Of a stretch of DNA of 64,000 nt, positions 59,153 through 64,000 are shown piece after piece. The DNA is from Amphiscolops sp. MND2022 (taxonomy: Eukaryota), in assembly GCA_964187785.1 (NCBI GenBank), contig OZ076409.1, positions 26,164,001 to 26,228,000 on the forward strand, read 5' to 3'. The notes below the pieces were generated by a model. That model made no database searches. It saw nothing but the letters and a program-made list of their open reading frames with translations, and was not told the origin of the DNA. A program made the translations under genes and the position numbers. How positions within the stretch are numbered: position 1 is the first letter of the stretch; each line of letters opens with the position of its first letter.

Positions 59153-62100
59153 GTTACTGATTTCTGTAGTGAATATATCTCCTTTTGTGAGAAGTGAACA
59201 AATGCTCTGAGTTGCAACAGGCGACATAATAAAAAACGAATAGTTGTTACTGACCTCGCATAATGGGTGAATTCGTCATAGCAGTCGTGGGGACAGTGGC
59301 CATAAAATGAATGGTCAGGAAATGCCCGGAAACACTGACTAAGATTAGTAAAAGGTTGAGACCAGTAAAATAACTGATATTATATAAAATATATTTATTA
59401 TATAAGAATAATCAGAAAAGAGGAGGGGTAACAAAGAGGGGACAGTTTCAAAATATATTTACCTGAGGAATTGGTTTCCTCTTTCTCTTTTCTTTTCTTG
59501 AGTTTCGTTTCTATATCTTGCAAAAACGCAAAGATTAATTTTTGAATAATTCCATTCAGGAGAACTTGCTATGAGCAATACGAATTAAGCAACAATCAAA
59601 AACTATTCAAAAGATTTCACGTCGAAATTCATCGATCAAAATGTTGAGTCACAACATATTCCGACCCCGAAAAAGGGTTTGGATGAAAGTTGATATCACT
59701 ATTCAGGTAAAACTAAGGCGAAGTTTCAAGTTTTGTTTACGATGTCGACAGGGATTTTTGACAACTTCACGACTGGTCTGTGAATGTAGCCATAGCTCGT
59801 TTTGAGTCTGCAAGATCGCACGACTCCATCCGCCCCCGGAAACACTTTGTCAACTCTTGCCATCGGCCATAACCCACGTGGTGTAAAATCTTCTAGTACC
59901 CAAACCAAGTCGCCAGGCTGCAAATTCTGGGTTGGAGTGGACCATTTGCCACGCTTGAGGAGAGTAGGCATGTATTCTTTCAGAAAACGATTCCAAAACT
60001 GATCAGAGATCTGTTGTGCTTGCTTCCAACTGCTGGAGATAGTAATTGACTTGTCCAAGAAAATGCCGGGTGGAAAATTTGGCGATGGACGGCCCAGCAG
60101 GAAATGGTTTGGTGTGATTGGTTCCACGTCTCGGAAATCGCTGGATACTTGAGTAAGAGGTCGACCATTCATCATAGCAGCAACCTCGCACACAAACGTC
60201 GAGAAGGTGTCATGAGTCAAAGTTCGAGAACCAATTACACGGTAAAAAGCATTCTTGAACACCTTTACCAAACTCTCCCAAGAACCACCAAAATGAGGCG
60301 ATGATGGGGGATAAAGCGCCAATCCAAATGGAGTAGTAACAAGGCGTCGCGAAAGGAATTGTCCGTTCGAAGTTTCTCAATGCCATCTTTCAGTTCTTTA
60401 CTAGCTTTGATGAAAGTTGTCGCATTGTCAGAGTAGATTTGTTGTGGATTTCCACGCAAAGAAACGAAACGACGTATTGCCATGAGGGTTGTCTCAGTAT
60501 TAAGATCAGCACAAGTTTCGATATGAACAGCTCTTGTGACAAGGCAAGTAAATAGCAAGCAATATCGTCTCTCGAATTGACCATTGTCTTTGATGGGAAA
60601 CGGACCAACGAAATCGAGTCCTGTCGTAAGAAATGGAAAGTGGTTGGCAGAAGGTAAGCGACAATCAGGTAGATCAGCCATGATCGGATAGTCAACATGC
60701 TGGGTAATCCTTTTGCAAGGAATACAATGATGGATTATGGTCTTGAGTGCAGATCGACAACGTAGAACCCAAAACTGCTCTTGAACAATGCTACGAGACT
60801 GTTCGAGACTAGCATGGGAGTTGCTTTTGTGTATATGGAGGAGAAATAGTTTTACTGCCGGATGTTTCGAATCAAGAATGATTGGGTAACGAGCCACAAG
60901 CAGATATTTAGCTTTGGAAAGCCTGCCACGAGAGCGAAGAAGACATTGACGATCAAGAAATGGAGAGAGCGATGATATTCGTGAGTTAGACGCAGGAGGT
61001 TTTTGATTCCTTAGAGCGTTGATTTCTTCCGGAAACGAAGTTCGTTGAGTCTCCAATAAGATCCATCTGAACGCTTTCATAAGGTGAGCAACACCCAATC
61101 TATCGTTGATGCGACGGTGTTTGTCCAACAATAAATAACAGAATGCAACGGTTTTGAGGAGACGAGTCCATTGACTAAAATTTTGAAAAGATACGATTGC
61201 GTCATTTGGGTGCAGGGGGAAACAAGAAATTGGACATTCGGGTGCGATGTGTGATCTTTCTGGCCAAGTCTCCGGATTTTTCAGAAGGAAATCGGGTCCT
61301 TTGAGCCATCGTGACTCGGATGTAAAATTTGAAACCGGTATTCCTCTAGTACCATCGTCAGCCGGATTCAAGTCTGTGGGAACGTAACGCCACTGCGACA
61401 CAGTCGAAGTTGAGAGAATGATGGATATACGGTTGGGTATGAAAATTTTGTGTCGACTCTCGGATGAGTTGATCCAAGATAGAACTGTAGTGCTGTCTGT
61501 CCAATATACAATTGTGTCAAAAGAAAAGTTTTGCTCTTCTTTGATGAATTGAGCCAGTTTGGCTCCGTTCGTTGCTGCCAATAGTTCGAGATTGGGGGTG
61601 GTCATTCTCTTGATTGGTGCTACTCGAGCTTTTCCTAGAATGAAACTGAGACTCACGGATTTGTCGGAGAAAACTGTACGAAGAAATACAACATTGGCTA
61701 TTGCTTTTTCAGAAGCATCGTTAAAAACGTGTAATTCTTTACGAACTGGTTGCTTGGAAGCTTCGAAATAATGTCGCTTGATGTGAACTGTCGAAAGATT
61801 CGCTACATCTTCGAAAAATTTTTTCAGGATAATCTGCAAGCGCGATGGGACGATCCCAATGCTGGTTACCCTTCCAAATTTGCTGAAGAGAGGTGCGAAC
61901 GCGAATTTGAATAGGTGACGACATACCAAGAGGGTCAAAAATTGAAGAAACGTACTTCAGTAGTGTTCTTTGAGTTAGCTTTTTTGGAGTGTCTTGAAAA
62001 TTGGTAGGTTCCAAAAGATAGCAATCGTCAATCGTATTCCATTTCACGCCTAATACTCTGTCGATACCTTTCTTGTTTGGATTGATTGGTGCTGAATTCG

Positions 62101-64000
62101 ACCTGTCGGACTCTGGAATGGACTGATTGAATTCAAGGTTGTTGGACGTCCATTTCGTTAAATTGAAACCACCGGTTGCTAAAACTGTTTGGAGGACTGT
62201 GCGCAAATTCTTTGCTTCTTCGAGGGTATCAGTCGACACTTAGAGATCGTCCATGTAGATGTGACGAGCGACCAAATTTGGAGCGTCAGGATAGGCAGTT
62301 TTGTTGTCCTCGGCGCATTGTCGAACAGCGTAGCAAGCAGCACAGGGTGAATCTGTGGCACCAAAAATATGGCGATTGTACTCATGAACTTCGTTACGCC
62401 ATAAATATCGTAAGAAGCGTCTATCTGAAGGGGGTACTGAAACTTGCATGAACATTGCTTCAATGTCAGCGGATAAGGCTACACATTTTTCGCGAAAGCG
62501 CATAATCAAACCAGTTACACAACAAGTCAGGTCCTTTCAGAAGACTAGAATTCAGCGAAGTACCTTGATAAACTGATGATGCATTGGTTACTCTTCGAAT
62601 TTTACCAGGTTTATTTACATTGGTTACAGGGTGATGTGGAAGATACCAAGCGTCTTCTCGATTCGCTTCGGAGTCAGGTACAACAGACACGTATCCCTTC
62701 TCGATGTCGGCTGCAATGGACGCTTCGTAAAGAGAACCTAGTTGAGGTTTTCGTGCCAACTTGATTTCAAGTGACGATAGCTGTTTTTGAGCTACCCATT
62801 TGTTGTTAGGCAGAGAGACATGGTTCTTCCAAAGGAGGCCAACTTCATAGTGTCCATCAACAAGTTTGGTAGTTTTCTTCAAGATGGAGAGAGCTTGCTG
62901 ATCTTCAGCAGACAGACTTTTTTTGCTACTCGTGATGCCAGAGCAATCAATGTGCATCCACTCTTGAACTTGCTGGAAGAGAGCTTCATGTCGAGATCGA
63001 AGATTTGTAACGTTTGTGGCAGCTGTTGTCGGAAGTATCGAACGACCAGCAACTGTCCAACCAAGTTTTGTCGACATAGCACAAGGTGTGTTGGGCGGCC
63101 CCCGAATCACAGTACGACTATGAATGAGGTCGAATTGATCCGAACCGATGAGAAGATCGACAGTCGATTGTTTTAGGAAAGGAAATGAGACGTGTTGCAG
63201 GTGAGGGTACTGTTGGCACAATGAATTGATGGGCGCTGAATCAAATGTTTGGAGGTTCAAGGTAGGCACCGCCAAAACATTGCGCAATGGCATTGCCGCT
63301 GCGGCATTGTAAGGAGCAATTGTCAAGTCGAGTGATATAGCAGCAACTGTTGATGTAGTGTTGACGCCTTCAAGAAGAATAGGGGAAGACTCTGGTAACT
63401 GACCGACTAAATGTTCAGCAATTTTCTTGGTGATCAAAGACACTGAGCTGCCTGTGTCTAGAAGGGCGAACACGTCTGCAGTTTTACCACACGATGAAAC
63501 AGTCACAGGCACAATTGGACGGAGACCGGGGTTTAGCAGCCGCGAAGTGGACAATGTGGAAGATTGTATTTGATTTTGACCTTGTCTGTCAATATGGAGC
63601 AAGGTGTGGTGTTTTTTCATACATCCAGGTTGCTGACAAACTTTTGTTGACTTGCAATCATTGAAGTTATGACCCTTCAGACAGTTGAAGCACAAGTGGT
63701 ACTTCTTAGCGTAGTTTTTGCGGTCTATTGGAGAAAATGCTTTGAAATGCTCGCAGCTCCCCAAGTAGACACAACCTTTCTTCTCCTGACATAAACTAAA
63801 TTGAGAAGACGGTTTGACGAACGGCATTTTGGAATTGTGGCCTTGAGCTCGCGCATTTGTTGATGAGGAGGAACGTCCGTTGTGATTAGTGTCAGAGAAA
63901 GGAATAAAGCTGTCACGACAAGCTGTAGCAAAGTTTTGAAGCCAAGGAGCAAAATTTCTGAGCGACGGGTCTTTGATGTTTTGCGAAAGCTCGTGGCGAT
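59153..64000 (-). mobile_element. BEL/Pao LTR retrotransposon, 5' part outside the window; left boundary uncertain
   Basis: Pao-type gag-pol. PPT-like GGGGTCGGAATA (59657-68, minus strand) followed by TGTTGTG marks a likely 3' LTR start at 59656. The LTR may end at TGTTACTG near 59246 or 59153. Confidence 0.85.
59726..64000 (-). pseudogene. Decayed BEL/Pao gag-pol
   Basis: Clustered Cys/His motifs (CFNCLKGH..C..C..KHHTLLH), protease LLDTGS, RT (LPHHPV, ADIEAMFMQV, YMDD), Pao RNase H (HVFNDAS), integrase (GLDFVGP, YSDNATTF, PHFGGSWE) and the typical C-terminus (LWPMARV..GADGVVRS). In-frame stop at 62240; frameshifts near 62500, 61850 and 60300. Confidence 0.92.

Overview
Eukaryotic (animal) AT-rich genomic DNA, not prokaryotic; the species cannot be determined from the sequence. 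Positions 10.4-39.2 kb hold one canonical ankyrin gene on + (24 ANK repeats, ZU5-ZU5-UPA, death domain, C-terminal tail). I reconstructed it from 17 clear exons plus one inferred 5-nt microexon, about 1,960-1,990 aa. Three coding-like + strand blocks at 4.2-7.5 kb have splice phases compatible with a large disordered N-terminal extension. Ankyrin introns carry many DNA elements: an internally deleted piggyBac whose transposase starts with a Tudor-like domain, two hAT-type elements, GG...CC MITEs with 8-bp TSDs, and two families of Helentron/DINE-1-like elements. Downstream are a 172-bp tandem array, a near-identical 4.05-kb tandem duplication, a complete Ty3/gypsy LTR element (identical LTRs, disrupted gag-pol, inserted in a 22-bp palindrome), and a decayed BEL/Pao element cut by the window end. 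The top candidate for novelty is the Tudor-piggyBac fusion. All alignments and family calls were made by eye or from memory, with no database searches.
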